From positions 112,222,001-112,286,000 of the forward strand of contig NC_045697.1 of assembly GCF_009834535.1 (NCBI RefSeq): a stretch of DNA of 64,000 nucleotides, written 5' to 3'. This document shows, in pieces, positions 34,921 to 48,779 of the stretch. This DNA is from Camelus ferus (lineage: Eukaryota). The notes under the pieces are model-generated. The model was not told the origin of the DNA. It saw only the letters and a list, made by a program, of their open reading frames with translations, and searched no databases. The position numbers and the translations under genes are program-made. Every line of letters begins with the position of its first letter. Positions within the stretch are counted from its first letter, which is position 1.

Positions 34921-37900
34921 TGTCTTCTGTATGTTTGACATTTCTTGAAACCTTTTGAGCAACACAAGATGATACATTTGAAATGCATCATTACATGTGA
35001 CTTTACTGGTTCACTTCAAATGCAAAAGAAATATTCTTTCCTCCTTCCTCCTTGTTTCTTCCTTTATATTAAATTTTATTTTACAGGTAACTACTGTGTA
35101 CTGATAAAACATCTCTGTAAGTATAGTGACTCTGATTATGATATTTGAGTTCCATAAATTATAGAGTATTTGAAGTCTTATGAAAACCCTTACTGTCTAA
35201 AATTGCATTAATCTCAGATGTATTCCTATAAAAAGGGTATGAAACCTCTAATATCAGACAAACACAGGAAAATAAATACTGTGCACTGAAAAGGATATAC
35301 TAGAAAAAAATACCACCAGAATTTTTTATATCAAGATTGGTTGTTTGAATAAGATTGTTAATGGAAAAAGGGTACTTTAAAATTGAGAGATGTTGAGTGA
35401 TTGATGGTTTGATATTATTAACTTTGTGCTTTATTTTAATAATACTGTCAGAGATGAGAAAGAATGGAAATACAGAGGCATTGTGACTTTCATCAAATTT
35501 TACTTCTGTTCAGGAGTTGGACCAGAACATATTCTTACAGGTCATAGTCTATTGCATTTTGAGAAGTACAGATAATTCTTTCAAGTCACCAGTATTGTTT
35601 TTAGAGGACATACACGGTACACCATAAAGTTAAACATAAACTTGTGAATTGGCAGAGTGCAGATTAGGTTAGTTGGTTAGTTGGTTGGTAACTACGGCTA
35701 GTTGGTTAGTAAGTATGGTTAGTTGGTAACTAACTGCATATTGATCTCCAGAATGAATGCAAGAGCTCTGGCAGGGAGAGGGTTTTCGCCTTCTCCCCCA
35801 ATGTTCCACCCTGCTCTGTGTGCGTTGGTACTACCTGGACCATCAGGAACAGTACAATTTCCAGGTCAAAGATCTTCAGGTGTACAAAAGCTTTGCCTAC
35901 CATACAATAGGTTTGTTGGTCATAAACTGACTGTCCTCACTGGAGTGAAAGATGCTCTAAGACAGAGAGCTTGTCTGGCGTATTCTTTGTGGTGATATCT
36001 TCATTCAGTATCTGGAAAAGTGCATGGAATATATTAGTGTCTCAATAAGTAATGTCTGAATGTATGAATGAATTGACCAAACCTCCCCTTCCATGGTCAC
36101 ATATACACCTACAGACCAGGAGATCATATATATATGTTTAGGTAAGAATCATGTCTCATTTAAAAAAAATTTTTGCTTTGTTTCATGATGCTTGCTTGTT
36201 ATCAGTTCATTCTCTGAGCATAGTCTCATTTCTGCGTGGCAATGATCTTGCTATTCACCCCCGTGGAGTTTAGAGCTTCGTGGCTCTCAGATCAGGCTCT
36301 GTGTTTCTCAGAAGGGTGTGTTCTCTACTATTTGGGTTCCTTCGTGAGGATCTGAGAACAGCAGTGTCTCCTTATAGGCAAGCTGTCATATATCTGTGTC
36401 TTGGGCCCCCCTAGATCATGGAAGCACCATCAAACTCAGAAGTTGGAATTAGACAAATCCCAACTTCAACATTGGACGTAGAAGAGTCTTGTTCTTATAA
36501 GTAAATATTTTAATTAAATGAGGAGTATCCCTCTCTTCCTCATTTCTTATTGCAGCTGATCAGTGTGGACTCCCCGTTCCTCCCCATTCCCTCCAAGTAA
36601 AGGCAGTTTATGAATCAACGTGGCCTGAAGTGCAGTCTCACTACTGAGCAAGCTGTATGTATGTAAGGCTGATCTTCTACAAATAAAGTCAAACAAATTC
36701 TCTTGATGCCAATTATTGGGCAAAATGTCTACATTTTTCTCTCTCCCTCTTCTACCTACTCCTAGAAAATTTCAGGAATATCAGATTACCATTCCTCACG
36801 CCCCCTGCCCCTGCCCCCAACACGGGCAAGTGATCGAGTCTCTCTCATTTGATTTAATTTATTATTTCATCTCATCTGCTCTCCTTTTTAAAAACAAAAT
36901 TTTAGAGTCTAATAGAATTAGGGATAAGGCTAACTTCTTAAATGCTGTGTACTGACAAAACACGTGTATAGAATACATTGTGTGAGATGTCATGAGCAAA
37001 CATTTTCTATTCATTTTAATTAGCTCTAAAATAGATTCTTTTCATTTTGGTCCTCTGAGCATATTGATTCTGGCTTCCGGTTTACCCTACTATCTCCAAA
37101 TTAATGTCCACAAAGTACAGAAACTCCTCGGTGACTGCAGAACTCATAATTAACAATTTTCCTTAGCACTGTTCTCTGTTCAACAGCTGTTAAGACTTTC
37201 ATCGTATGTTTCATTTTGGGGACTAAGATTAGGAATATGTTTCCATTCTTCTAAGAAAAAAAAAAAAGCAGCCTAGTGCAGGCACAAGAACTAAGTAATT
37301 TACCCACTTTAGGAAATGGGATAAGCTGTCTTTTATCAGTGTGATGAATGAAAAGGAAATAAAAATAGCTAAGAACAGGCCAAGGAAATCAATTCCACAT
37401 CATTCATTAACATGACACAGGAGGTTCAGGGGGACCCTGGGAAAAGAGGGGTGATTGAGAGCAACATCTGTCCTCTTTGCTAAAAGAGACGCTTGTTTCT
37501 GGCAAAGAAAAGCACTTCCCCAGTTCTCCACTGCCCCAGTTCTGCAGGCCAGTTCTCAGCTGGGAAGTTACCAGGGGCCGTTCTCGCTCAGCTGTGTTTG
37601 GAAGGACACAGAGCAATGACGTGTGGAATCTCTGCCAATGCCAAGTGAATGATTAAATAAAAATGAACATATTCGAAAGGGGTTTCCTAGAACCTCTTTT
37701 TTTTTTTGAAGGTCGATGTTTTCTCTTCATATATACAAGACACATTAATCCATTAAATTTGAGGACACGGTACAAAAAAAAAAACCACTTTAAATAACTC
37801 ATGTGACAGTGGTGTTCACAGTCATGATGCCATTTTGTTGCTGCTTTGTTTCCTAACAATAAAGGAGGAGACTTGGGGCTCCCACCTCCCCCACCAAACC

Positions 37901-40419
37901 CCGACACCACCAGGGTGAACAGCAGGAGGAGCAGGAAGGGAAGGGCCCACAGCAAAGTTCTATAATCTTGAGTGCAAGGGGAGAGGAGGAGAGGAAAGGA
38001 AGAAAAGGAAAAGAATATGAATCCTATAACACATCACTTCTTCATTCAGCTTCGTGCAAAATCAAGCTGTTTCCCACAATGTATGTGGTTTTCATTTATT
38101 CATTCAACAAACGCTGGGCACAGAGGTGGGGCTGGACTCAGTTCGAGGGGAAACGTCAGTAAATAAACAAAGCTCCTCTGCACCCAGCTCCCCCTCACCC
38201 ACTCCCTGGGGGGTAATCCCAGCTGTGAATGCCAGGACGAAATGAGCTTAAAAACATCCAGAAATGTGAATGCTGGTTTATGAGCCTAAAACAAAAGCAA
38301 AAATAAAAACCTGGAAGTCTCTTTAAAGAATTAAATTATTTTACTTCCATTTACATAATTTACATTATTTTCTTAAGGACACAGAAAGAAGGATGGTCTG
38401 GACTCATTTAGGCAGTATGAAAGTCACTAGAATACACGCAGCTCTTTGTAAATCTGCATTCATTCCCTCACTCATTTATTCAACTAGTTATTAACCCTGG
38501 TGCCAGGTACTGGCGCTACGTGCTGCATGATTAAAGCATCTTTTAAAATGACGCATCAACACATCTCTGAAGAGAGAAAACTAAGTACTCGGACTCTATA
38601 TTTAAGTTCATACACACACACATACAGGTTTGGGGACATCTTCATTTGACAGGCTTGTTCAGTACTGCACATGGTTCCAGAGATGCGGAGAGGGCCTTTG
38701 GGTCTCGCCATTAGACGTGGTCTTAAAAGACTAAGTGTGTGTGAACAAGTCAACTTAGATCTATTGTCTCTTCAAAAGACAATGGATTGTAGAGAATCAT
38801 GAAGTATATTTGCTTTTTAAAAGTATGGGGAATTTTTATTTTATGGCGATGAGTCTACCTATTCAATACCAATATTCCTTTTGCCTCGTTATTACTTGAG
38901 CCCAATACCTAGGGGACTCCTTTTCTGTATCCTCACGTTGCCGGGGCCTTGTATGCTTAGGTCTGCTTAACTCGTGTTCAGAACTAGTGAGAACAGAGTC
39001 TCAGCTCTGACCTTCCCTGCCTGCTCCTCACACCTGGGGGTGTGAGTTCATGGGCTGTACACTCGCCAGATTAGCTCTTAACCGTAATGTGACTTTGTCT
39101 CAGCAGCAATCAAATCGTTGGCCTGACGGAATTCCTGTTATTGTTAAAAATGCTTTTCTATAAATACCCGATCTTATTTACATAATTACTATTAAGAACA
39201 TTATGAATGATTTTTATTATTATGAGAATCATGAAAACAGGTTTTTTTATTTCACAATTTTTCATCGATGGCATTTATCTCATGGTTAACATGTTAGTTA
39301 TACTGTAATAATTATACTTCAGAGAACTTTCTGCTTTTGCAATGTATTATCAGTTTCTGGAGTTCTGGAATACTTCAGTGTTGGCAAAAGTGAGGAAATA
39401 AACAACTTGGAAAGAAATGGCAGCAGATGATAAAAATAACCAAAGTTGCATTTAATAGGGAAGTCAAGTCATAACATTAATATTTGCAGCTGACCACAGC
39501 ACGTAATACAGTAGTAAGCCGTCCCATCTGTGGGATGGAACTACAAGAAGAATTTAAAGTTGTGGCCTGTTGATTATAGATTTAGTACCTAGCAGAGTGC
39601 TTGGCACCTGAAAACTGTTTAAGTACTGTTTGCCAAAGGGAGAAGTTAACTAGTGAGTCCATGAATTGCTTTTGGTTATGCAGAATTTTTAAATACAGAG
39701 AGCCAAAGATTTCTTTAGTTTAATAATCTGTTTCCTTTCCTCTTTCTTTGGATATTATCTTGCCCTCGTGATCTGCCTGCAGGATTGCTGAGGGGGCTGT
39801 TGTAAGTAAGATCTAATAATTCTTTAACTGCTTAATTCTTCTTTTCATCTAGGAAAAGAATCAGTGGGTTAGGCAAGGCATGGTTTGCATTCAGGAGAGC
39901 CTAAGTCAGGAATTAGTTTCAATTGCTTAGTGATATCGTTCCTATAATAAGGTTATTTTAAGATTAGAGGGTGACAGAAATGGGCAAACAGGAAAGGGCA
40001 ATGAGCTTTCAGTTCCCCACTGTCAAACATCATTCTGCTTTTATGGGATTAGGGGTGAAACTCTGTCTTCTGTGACTTCTTCATGCTGACCTGGGGCACG
40101 GTGTTCTCAGAGTAGAGGATGTTGATGTGGGTCTGTAGCATCTCTTTGCTGACAATTACATATATAGGTAGAGCAAGCTACAATTATTTTGATGCCCACA
40201 AAGATACAGATTATTATGAACAGAAGCGTCAACCCCATTCTCTCAAGGCCAGTTCTTGGACTTGTGCTAAACATAGACTCAGTGCTGCTCAAGACGGAGC
40301 AGCCTGTGCCATGGCTGCAGCCTGGGCTTCATACGGTTGGTTTCTCCTCCGGGAAACTGCTCTGTAAAACAGCTCGGAGCGTGCATCAGACACTGAGTCT
40401 GTGACTCCCCTGTCCTAAT

Positions 40420-40872
40420 TGTTAACGGCTCAGTTTTGTACTGAGTGGGGAGGGCTGCACAGTTCTACTCAGTTTCAGTCAGTGAGAGGACATGTCTGCA
40501 GACTGATCTGCAAGCTCCAGGCTCCCTGCTTCCCTCGCCCACTTCCCCTGTTCTTAGAATGTATGTTCCACACACCATTCCCTCAGTGGGAGCTATTTGC
40601 AAGGATGCAACCTGGAGAGAGCAGTGTGTTGCTGAGACAGAATATGGGACTGAGCCCTGTTAAGATCTCTATACAGACTTGTAAGATTCTGGCGGATGAG
40701 TGCAGAGATCTACTGTCTTCTGCACCCAAGACAAGCCTCCTGTGTAAGATTCCTTGCTCATTGAAAGCTGCCACCTGCCAGTCTGGAGTGCTGCCTCTTC
40801 CGTCCATCTTTCTTTGCCCTTTGTGGCCAGGGCCAGTTCCAAATTTCACTCTCTCAAGATTGCAAATAAACA
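40420..40872 (+). mobile_element. Probable ERV1-class solo LTR (family unresolved, right end approximate)
   Basis: Starts TGTTAA; LTR-like U3 text (CCCCTGTTCTTAGAATGT, GAGATCTACTG, CCCAAGACAAG); no clear TSD. Confidence 0.55.
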
Positions 40873-41810
40873 CAGTTGCTATGTTTAGACCTATTTTGTA
40901 GGTGTGCAAATGAATGGATAGAGAAGTTAGGGTTTGCCAGAATTTATAGTTAAGTAGTGGCAACAGGAAAAGAAATGGCTCTGAGGCTCCAAACTTATTT
41001 CATTATACTAGCCCGTTAAAGCTAGTTGCCTTTCTAGATCTTTTTTTCCTCCTTCCTTGCTTCCTTCCTTCCTCCTGCCCTCCCTTCCTCCCTCCCTCCC
41101 TCCCTTCCTTTTTTGGGAAATTCTTTCATTCTCATTGTGTGGTGAAAAATGGATGGGCAGAATTTTCCTGAGCCATTAAAAAGCCAGTTAATATAAATCA
41201 TCACTAACTTGCCAGAGAGAAAGTTTTCTGTCTGAAGCCAGCCCGATTTGAACCCCTTTCCGGTGATGAGACACATCCTTTGCTCTTAGTCCCAACAAAG
41301 CAGAACAGAGCAACCTGGGGGTTAGCTTTGAGAGGTCACCTGCCACACCTGCAGGAAGAGGTGGGAAGGGAGTGGACTTCCTACTGACAACACTTACAGA
41401 CTTTCTCTGAGGTGCAAATGTAACCTTAATACAAGTATAAGCAACTCTTACTGTGAAAGAAAATGATCTTGCAGTAAGTTGGTTGCAGTTTCCAAGATGT
41501 ATTATTTTAAAATATGAATGTTTGCTTTAAAAGGAAAGAAAAAATAATTTTTCCTATAACCCCTGCTACATATTATAAAATAAATGGAGTAAGGAAACTG
41601 ATATGCGTGAAAAAATGATGGTAAGGGACCTCTGGGACCTTTGAAGCTGCTAGTTTATTTTACAATGGGCATTGTATATTCCGTCTGTAGCCCAGAAAAC
41701 AAAATCCTTTCTGGTTAATATTTCTGTTCTCTTTGCCTCGAATTAATACCAGTATTACCTCTGTGCTTTAACACCACTCCCTGCTGTTTACTGAACATCC
41801 CTACCTGATA

Positions 41811-41856
41811 CCTTCAAGAACACTGGCAATTCTCCTTCAAGAACACTGGCAATTCT
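41811..41856. repeat. Perfect 23-bp tandem duplication
   Basis: CCTTCAAGAACACTGGCAATTCT x2 (41811-41833, 41834-41856). Confidence 0.95.
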
Positions 41857-42229
41857 CAGAATAGTCAGTTTGGTGGTTTAGTCTCTCATCTGCCAAGAAG
41901 ACAGCACTTGTTTTCTCTTGGTGGTCTGGGTAGCAAATCCTCCCTTTTCCAGCTGTGAACCTTCTGCCTCAGCGTTTTGTATTCATGAGGTTGATACTAA
42001 TGCTGTCTCTCAGTACAGCAAATGCAAGTTCATTAACTCCCATTGAACAAGTAACTCTGTTCTTTCCTCAACTACTTGTTTTTAAGTAGAAAAAGGAAGA
42101 GGTTGCTGTTGAAAATATTATATAGTATACTAAGCCTGCCAGATTGGTGATTGGAAGAGAGAATGTATACATGTGCATATGTATATATGCATAATTTTAT
42201 AATTCAAGATTTACATTGCATCTTATCTT

Positions 42230-42450
42230 TCTTATGTAAAATCTGAAGCATATACAATGTCAGAGAGGACAATAGAATGAACACCCACATTTCTACTGCC
42301 CACCCTCAACGATGATCAACTCGTGGCCAGTCTTTTTTGGTCTTCCTTCCACATTCCTCCCATCCCCCCAGATTATACTGAAGCAAATCCCAGACATTTC
42401 ATTTTGCTTGTATATTTCAGTACATATTTTAAGACACAAGGACTCTCCCA
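42230..42450 (-). mobile_element. L1MC-like 3' UTR fragment
   Basis: ATGAACACCCAC...CAACTCGTGGCCAGTCTT...GATTATACTGAAGCAAATCCCAGACAT. Confidence 0.65.
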
Positions 42451-43500
42451 TAAAAATTAGCACCGTTGGAAGCATAGTTAATAGAGACAGCTCCAAACCA
42501 ACTAATTATGTTGAAGTGTTTCCTCTTTCCAAGTCAATTTGCAGAACCTCTCACTCAAAACTACAATCTGATGATGCTGAGTTGGCATCTAGACTGTATC
42601 ACAGATGCCCAGTTAATCAAGACACAGTTCAAGTGTGGCACAAATTGCACTGAGTTCTAGGTGCTGAAATCAGGGCTTTTCTTTCCTGTGCTCAAGGCCA
42701 GTCCTAAAGTCTAAAGCTCATCTTTTCTGCATCTGGGAAGCCAGCTCTGGTCTGCAGATCACCCGCCCCACCCGCTCTGCTGCCCCCACTCCAGGGCTCC
42801 CAGTCTCTTCGTCCCTCCACATTGCTGCCTGCTGGCACCGCCTCGCTTACTCCCAACCCCAGAGCGATGTCTGCTTCTCTCAGAGTCCCATTTCCGGAGT
42901 GAACTTCGCTAGAAAGGCAGCCCGCATTCACATACACTAAGATGCATGAATTAGAAATAATAATTTTTCTAAATGCATCCTCTTCCTTGTTATTTTCGAT
43001 CACAGTCTTTGACAAGAAAGACAGGAATATCAGAGATCGAAGCTGGCACAGCAGACATCTGTGTGTCTGGGTCACAACGTGTGCACTCCGGGCTTCCTGA
43101 AAGCGGCAAATAGAGAAGGCACAGCAGAGGCACGTTCTGGCCCATTATTCTGTCTTCTCTTCCTGTTTGTACACCTAGAGTTTTTCTTTGTCATAGCTCA
43201 GTAGGAATAACCAGAATAAGAGAAAGAATAACTTGGAAGGAGAAGAATAAAAGGTAGAAAAGCAAGACAGAGGTAAGGGAAATCCAGGAAGGAGATGGGT
43301 GCTCTGTGGGACGTTGAATTATGTAGGGTCCTGGTAGATTTCTCACGAACGAAAATGCATTCATTAAATGATTTTTTTTTCATGATCAGAAACGAGAGTT
43401 TATTTTATTTCCTTCTCTACTATTGTATATGTTTGAAATGTTTCATAATACAGATAAAGATAAGCTAGCATATAAATATAATGTAAAAGAGGTCATGTTG

Positions 43501-43606
43501 TGGGGAGGGATTGCTCAGTGGTGCTTAGCATGCAGAGGTCCTGGGTTCAATCCCCAGTAATTCCACTTAAAAAAAAGAAAAATGAATCCTCAAAAAAAAG
43601 AAAAAA
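43501..43606 (+). mobile_element. vic-1-like SINE with short internal deletion
   Basis: GGGGAGGGATTGCTCAGTGG-TGCTTAGCATGCAGAGGTCCTGGGTTCAATCCCCAGTA plus A-tail. TSD AAAAGAGGT(C/G)ATGTTG at 43485-43500 and 43607-43622. Confidence 0.9.
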
Positions 43607-45500
43607 AAAAGAGGTGATGTTGCGATTGAGAAGAGTGAATGAGGTATTGAGATTTTCTCCTTACCAGTGTGCATAAGATTTATCCTGAAAATTATAAATT
43701 ATAGATGTATGCATATAGATAGATATGTGCGTGCACACATTCTCATAACTCTAGATATGAGTGTGACCAAAAGAGCAGGAACATGGGGTCAATAGGAGTG
43801 TTCTTTCAAATCTTTACAAAGTGATCGATTAAGGCCCATGATTTTTAAGAGAAAGAACTTGGAAGAGCACTCCTCTGGAATTTTAATGGCCTGGTAATAA
43901 TACCTAAAAATTACATGCATATATGCATGTCAAACAGAAAAGACTGAACAAAAGAAATGGAAGCACTAAAATCCAGGTGTACAAGCAAGGAGTCCAGGAT
44001 CACAGAGGCGTGCGTTTTCCCTCTTTCTCTTTCACATCTTGTGTTTTAAAAAGTTGTGTGGTGAAGCCTTTTAAAGAAGGCTTTAACTCACCCCATTTTC
44101 CTTTTCTGTCTTTCACAGGCCCTTAATTATTCACCATTGTAATTAAATCTGTGTTTATACTATTTTTTAATTTTACTTATTTTGAATGGCTTACTATTTA
44201 CTTTTCTGTTACTTTGCCACCAGTAAAATCTCTAAGATTATAACAAAAGATGAAGTTATTCACTTGGAAACATATATTAAATAAAAGGAGATAAAAGAAA
44301 TATTAACCAGTGTTATATAAAAAACCAAAAATTATTTGAAAAATGTTTTCATCAGAAAAGTGTCAATGATTAAATATCTCAGGCTTTCAAGCAGCCTGAT
44401 TATTGACTGACACAAAAAATGCAAAGCTTTGATTCAGGAATGGATGTGCTTCTATGTGTCTGCAGGTAACATGCGAACTTGCTTTTATCATCATCGTTTT
44501 ATCTAGGGCTGCCCCTGGTAAAAATGTGACTTATGTTTTTTAACAAATGTAGGTATAGTTTGAATGCTGGGGAACTGCTTTATTTCTCAAGCTGGGGGAA
44601 AGCCCTGAGTGTCGTTGAATAATCCTTAAGGCAAGAGCTCTATTGCCAGATAGGATGGCGGGGTTTTGGCTCCTGGAATCCTACTGCGTATCAGTTAGGA
44701 TTGCATCTTTGGAGACCCTCTTAATGCTTCCATGTGAGAAACCAACCATGTGTATGTTTTTCGCTGCATTTTTGTAGTAGTTTTTACTGTATCTTCACAT
44801 TTGAACAGTCTGTTCTGTGTATTTGTAAGGGAAACTATCAGCTTCATTTTCTAACTGACAGATTTAATGATTCTGAATTTCAAAACTTGCACCGTCTGAA
44901 GCCCCCTGGGCTTTCGCTGTGGGACGGGGTAGTGGTTGGGCCCTGGTTTGTGCTGCCCGGCCTTGAGCAAGAGGAGGCGTGGTGAGGGGCGTGGTGGTGG
45001 GCGTGGTGGGGGCGGTGCTTGGTGGAGGTCCTGGGACAAGCACACTCCCCGCCTCCTTCTGGAGCGGGCTTGTTCCTACGCTGGGGATGAGACAACCACC
45101 CAGTCAGCTGTTCTGGAAAGACTCTGTGGACTCTGAGCAGACACCGCACTGCTGTGAAGTTCAGATGACAAGAAAGGTGTGCAGGTGAAAAGTCCCTTTC
45201 TTCTCACATCTCCCACTGAGCCAACCAGCCAGGTGTCTTCAGAAGCAGAAGGAGACCGCCCCTGGCTTGGACTTGGCATTTTCACCAGGAGGCTTTCTCT
45301 GTGTTCACCCCAGTGGAGGTGCTGGAGCAAAAGAGAAGAACAGAGCAGGTGCTGTCACTGCAGCTGGCAGACTGCTGTGTGAGCTGACGGTCCTATCAGA
45401 ACCCCAAGGAACACCGGGGACCCTCGGAGCAGGCGGTGGAGATGTTATGTGAATAGAGGAGGGCTCGGAGACTGGAATTTGGGCATTGATATAAATATGA

Positions 45501-45649
45501 CTTCTTTTCCCTCTTCTCTCCCCACCTCCCTGCCTCTCTGCCTGCCTCTCTGCCTGCCTGCCTCCCTCCCTTCCTTCCTTCCTTCCTTCCTTCCTTCCTT
45601 CCTTCCTTCCTTCCTTCCTTCCTTCCTTCCTTCCTTCCTTCCCTCTCTC
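45501..45649. repeat. Polypyrimidine tract including (TTCC)18
   Basis: (TTCC)18 at 45571-45642, preceded by CCTG/CTCT units. Confidence 0.95.
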
Positions 45650-46849
45650 AAGTGGCTAAAACCAGGAGCAGATTTACTGCTATTCTTATATTTTAATTGA
45701 AATATATACTATTTTCACACTTTTGTCAGGAGAAGCTTATAACTCTAAAAAGATTTGGCGGTCACAATTTCCATAAGTAAAAGATCACCATGGAGGTCAA
45801 GAACAGTTTACTTCTGACAAAGAACATTTGTTAATTTCTGATACTGATAAGGATATTATTTGTTTCTGGCAGTTTTTAAGCTTCTTCCAGGAATCCAGTG
45901 ACAAAGTTCTGTGGAAAGCCTCCTTCCTTCCTTACTGGAGGTAAAGATGCAGAATGTTGAGGGAATCAGGAAAGGATGTTCAAGTTCTAAACATACGATG
46001 CATGACATGTGCTTAGGTTGCTAAGGTGTTTGAAATACATTAGTAATCCAGCCAGGAAAAAACAAAAGTCTTAATTGGAAGTTTGTTCTGTGTGAGAGAT
46101 GCTGAAACTAGGGATCTTTTGTGATTTCCTGTGCTCCTCGTGAGGGTTACCATGTGAATGACGTAAATTAACATTTAATTTAAAAAATAGCTATTTGGTC
46201 TGTCTAAATACATGGCCCATGAGCTGGCACACTGACTCAGCTATACGCTGGCTCTTTCTTCCTCAGTTGCCATATTATGGTTAGTATTTGGCTGCTTTAA
46301 GAAATAAGTAAAGGCTGATACTGAAATAATTTTTTCACACCTGACTGGGTAAAAACACTCTTTTCTTGAATCATTGTAAAGTTTTAAAATATCTCCTTGC
46401 ATTTGACATACGGTTGTGGAACGCATACATCTAAATATTACTCTGGAGTTTTACGCATAAATACCTGAGGGTTGTTACCATTTCGTTATCTTTCAGAACA
46501 CGTCTGATTTGTGGGGTCATTTTTCCTTATTTAAATATGAGAAAATATGCCTTGTGAGTTGTTGTAAATTTGTTTCCCCCAAATTCCTCTATCAGATTAG
46601 AATCCTGGTGTTAAAGATTGGTTTCCTTTGTTGCTGTTTTTTTTTCCTCTACTGACACTGCTTTAGCATAATGGTTCTCAGTTCTCCCTCAGTTACTGAT
46701 GTGACATTTGAAGTGGCCCCTGCTTCCAGTGTCACCGTCTCCAGCCCATCTTGGACGTCGAACACACGGGTTTTGGAGCTTGTCACTCTTTGACTTAACA
46801 GCCTTTCAAAATCAGGTTCAAATTTCCCAACTTGGCCCTGCTCTTTTCA

Positions 46850-47250
46850 CCCACCGCCTTTAGCCCATACATTGCCCACCTTCCTCACTCTTGCCCCCAT
46901 CTTCCCTCCTGCTGTTACAGAAGTACTTGAGATCCCCTCTATAATTCTGTGATGCCTCATTCTGTCTCTGTGTGCACAGACTCTGCCCTCCAGTGTCGCT
47001 CCGTTCTTGCGGACTTTCTTAAGAGTCACGTCTAGAAGGGAGTTTGTTGACTGTCACTGAGCTCTGCCTCTGTTTTCTCAGAGGACCCTGCATGGACCCA
47101 ACAGAGGATTTATAACTCTGGTTGCTTGTCCCTCTCCTCATGAGATCACTTGAGGTTAAGGCTGTATTTCTTACTACGTTTGTATTTCCAGTGTTAACAT
47201 AGCATCCGGAACATACTAGACGCTCAAATATATTGTGGCCGGCTGAATAC
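46850..47250 (+). mobile_element. L2 fragment (degenerate)
   Basis: Ends with L2-type GTATTTCCAGTGTTAACATAGCATCCGGAACATACTAGACGCTCAAATA...GCTGAATA. Confidence 0.5.
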
Positions 47251-47264
47251 GAGATGATGATACT

Positions 47265-47475
47265 TCATTAGTAACCTATGCATGTGAGGGATTGTTCTAA
47301 GCCCTACACATGTTTTCACATTTACTCCCTCACCACAAGCCTGTGCAGTAGGTACTGTTATCCACCCTACTTAACTGATGCGGAAACTGAGACACAATGA
47401 AGTTAAATAAAATACCCAGGGTAACAGCAAGTCAGCAGAGAATCTGAGATTAAACTACAGGCAATCTATTTCCCA
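47265..47475 (-). mobile_element. MIR SINE
   Basis: CACAAGCCTGTGCAGTAGGTACTGTTAT...CTGATGCGGAAACTGAGACACAATGAAGTTAAATAA. Confidence 0.75.
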
Positions 47476-48337
47476 GCTGTTTGGTATGTTTCTTCTAAAA
47501 TTGGTTTTGTGAGTAAGTTTTCTTTAACTCCACAATCTGTGCTCTTATATGTAGGAATAAGTGAACTTTGTGGTTTGGTTCAAAACTTTGAGTTACTTTA
47601 GAAAATTTGTAGTTACCTTATAGCCAGATCTAGTTTGTAGAAATAAAACTGTACAAACAGCACTTTGAATTTGTCAGACAGGTATTGCTCTGCTCTGTGT
47701 GTCCTCATATACTAGCTTCCTGTAGTCACTTTGCTGTGCTCGCAGTTTCTGTCCTACCAACCAATTCCTGGGCTCTTGTCAGTTCCCAGGCCCTTGTCAG
47801 TTTCTCCAGTATAGTTTCCTCTCTGGGAGCCACAATTTTCCTGTCAAATACCTGATAGACTCACATGTTGTGTTATTTTTATTATTACCTTCATCTCTCC
47901 AGGTATCACATTAATCCCTGTTTTTAAAAAAATAGTGTCTTTGCTATAAGAACTTCCCTTTCTTCAACATTTAAGTTCCTTTTGAATGTGATGGAGACCT
48001 GCCGGATGTCTGTGTAGGTCAGAAGAGGGTCTGGGTGAAAAGATCAGGGCACTTTGCATCTCATTGTGCTGTGACCACGCCCAGGTTGTTTTTGTGTTGT
48101 GTTTAACCCTGTTAAAGAACTTGCTGTTTCCATCATGGTATCCACAAAGGAAAGCTCTCATCCTAGTGAAGCCAAGAATTAAAATATAGATGTATATAAA
48201 AAGAAGAGAGATCTGAGAAGTAAAAAACGTAGTTTTAAACTTAAAATAGTAGCAGCTTTATTTTGCTGCCTGATGAGACAATATAATGGTTCGGGAATTT
48301 GGAATGAAAAGCATTGTGGGTTTTCTCACTGTTAAGA

Positions 48338-48495
48338 CTAGCACAGGGAACTGTATTCCATATCTTGTAGTAACCTATGGTGAAAGAGACTATGAAAACG
48401 AATATATGTATGTTCATGTATGACTGAAGCATTGTGCTGTGCAACAGAAATTGACAGAACATTGTAAACTGACTATACTTCAATAAAAAATATAT
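48338..48495 (+). mobile_element. Short L1 3' end
   Basis: TAGCACAGGGAACTGTATTCCATATCTTGTAGTAACCTAT...CATTGTAAACTGACTATACTTCAATAAAAAA. Confidence 0.85.
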
Positions 48496-48779
48496 TTAAG
48501 AGGTAGAAAAAGAAAAGTTTTAAAGCACTTATAACTGAGAGTTTTAGAAAAGAAATAAAAATGTAAAATGATGAACTGTGACTTTACTCACTGTTCCATA
48601 TAATGTGTTTTTAAATCCTAATGAAAAATGTTTTTATCTTTGCTTTTATTTTTTCTCTTTCTACTAGATAGCAGGGACTTTCTGTGTTGTATCTTTTGCC
48701 ATATTATAAATTTTTTATAAAGTGGAATGTTTCTATCACATTTTTATACATCCTAGGATGCCTATTTTAGTCAAGGTCT

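Noticed and set aside
40419..40963. ORFs of 160 and 126 aa
   Set aside because: Coincide with a probable LTR, start at non-ATG codons, no recognisable domain.
45445..45700. (EGRK)n / (LPSF)n ORFs
   Set aside because: Translation of the (TTCC)n microsatellite.
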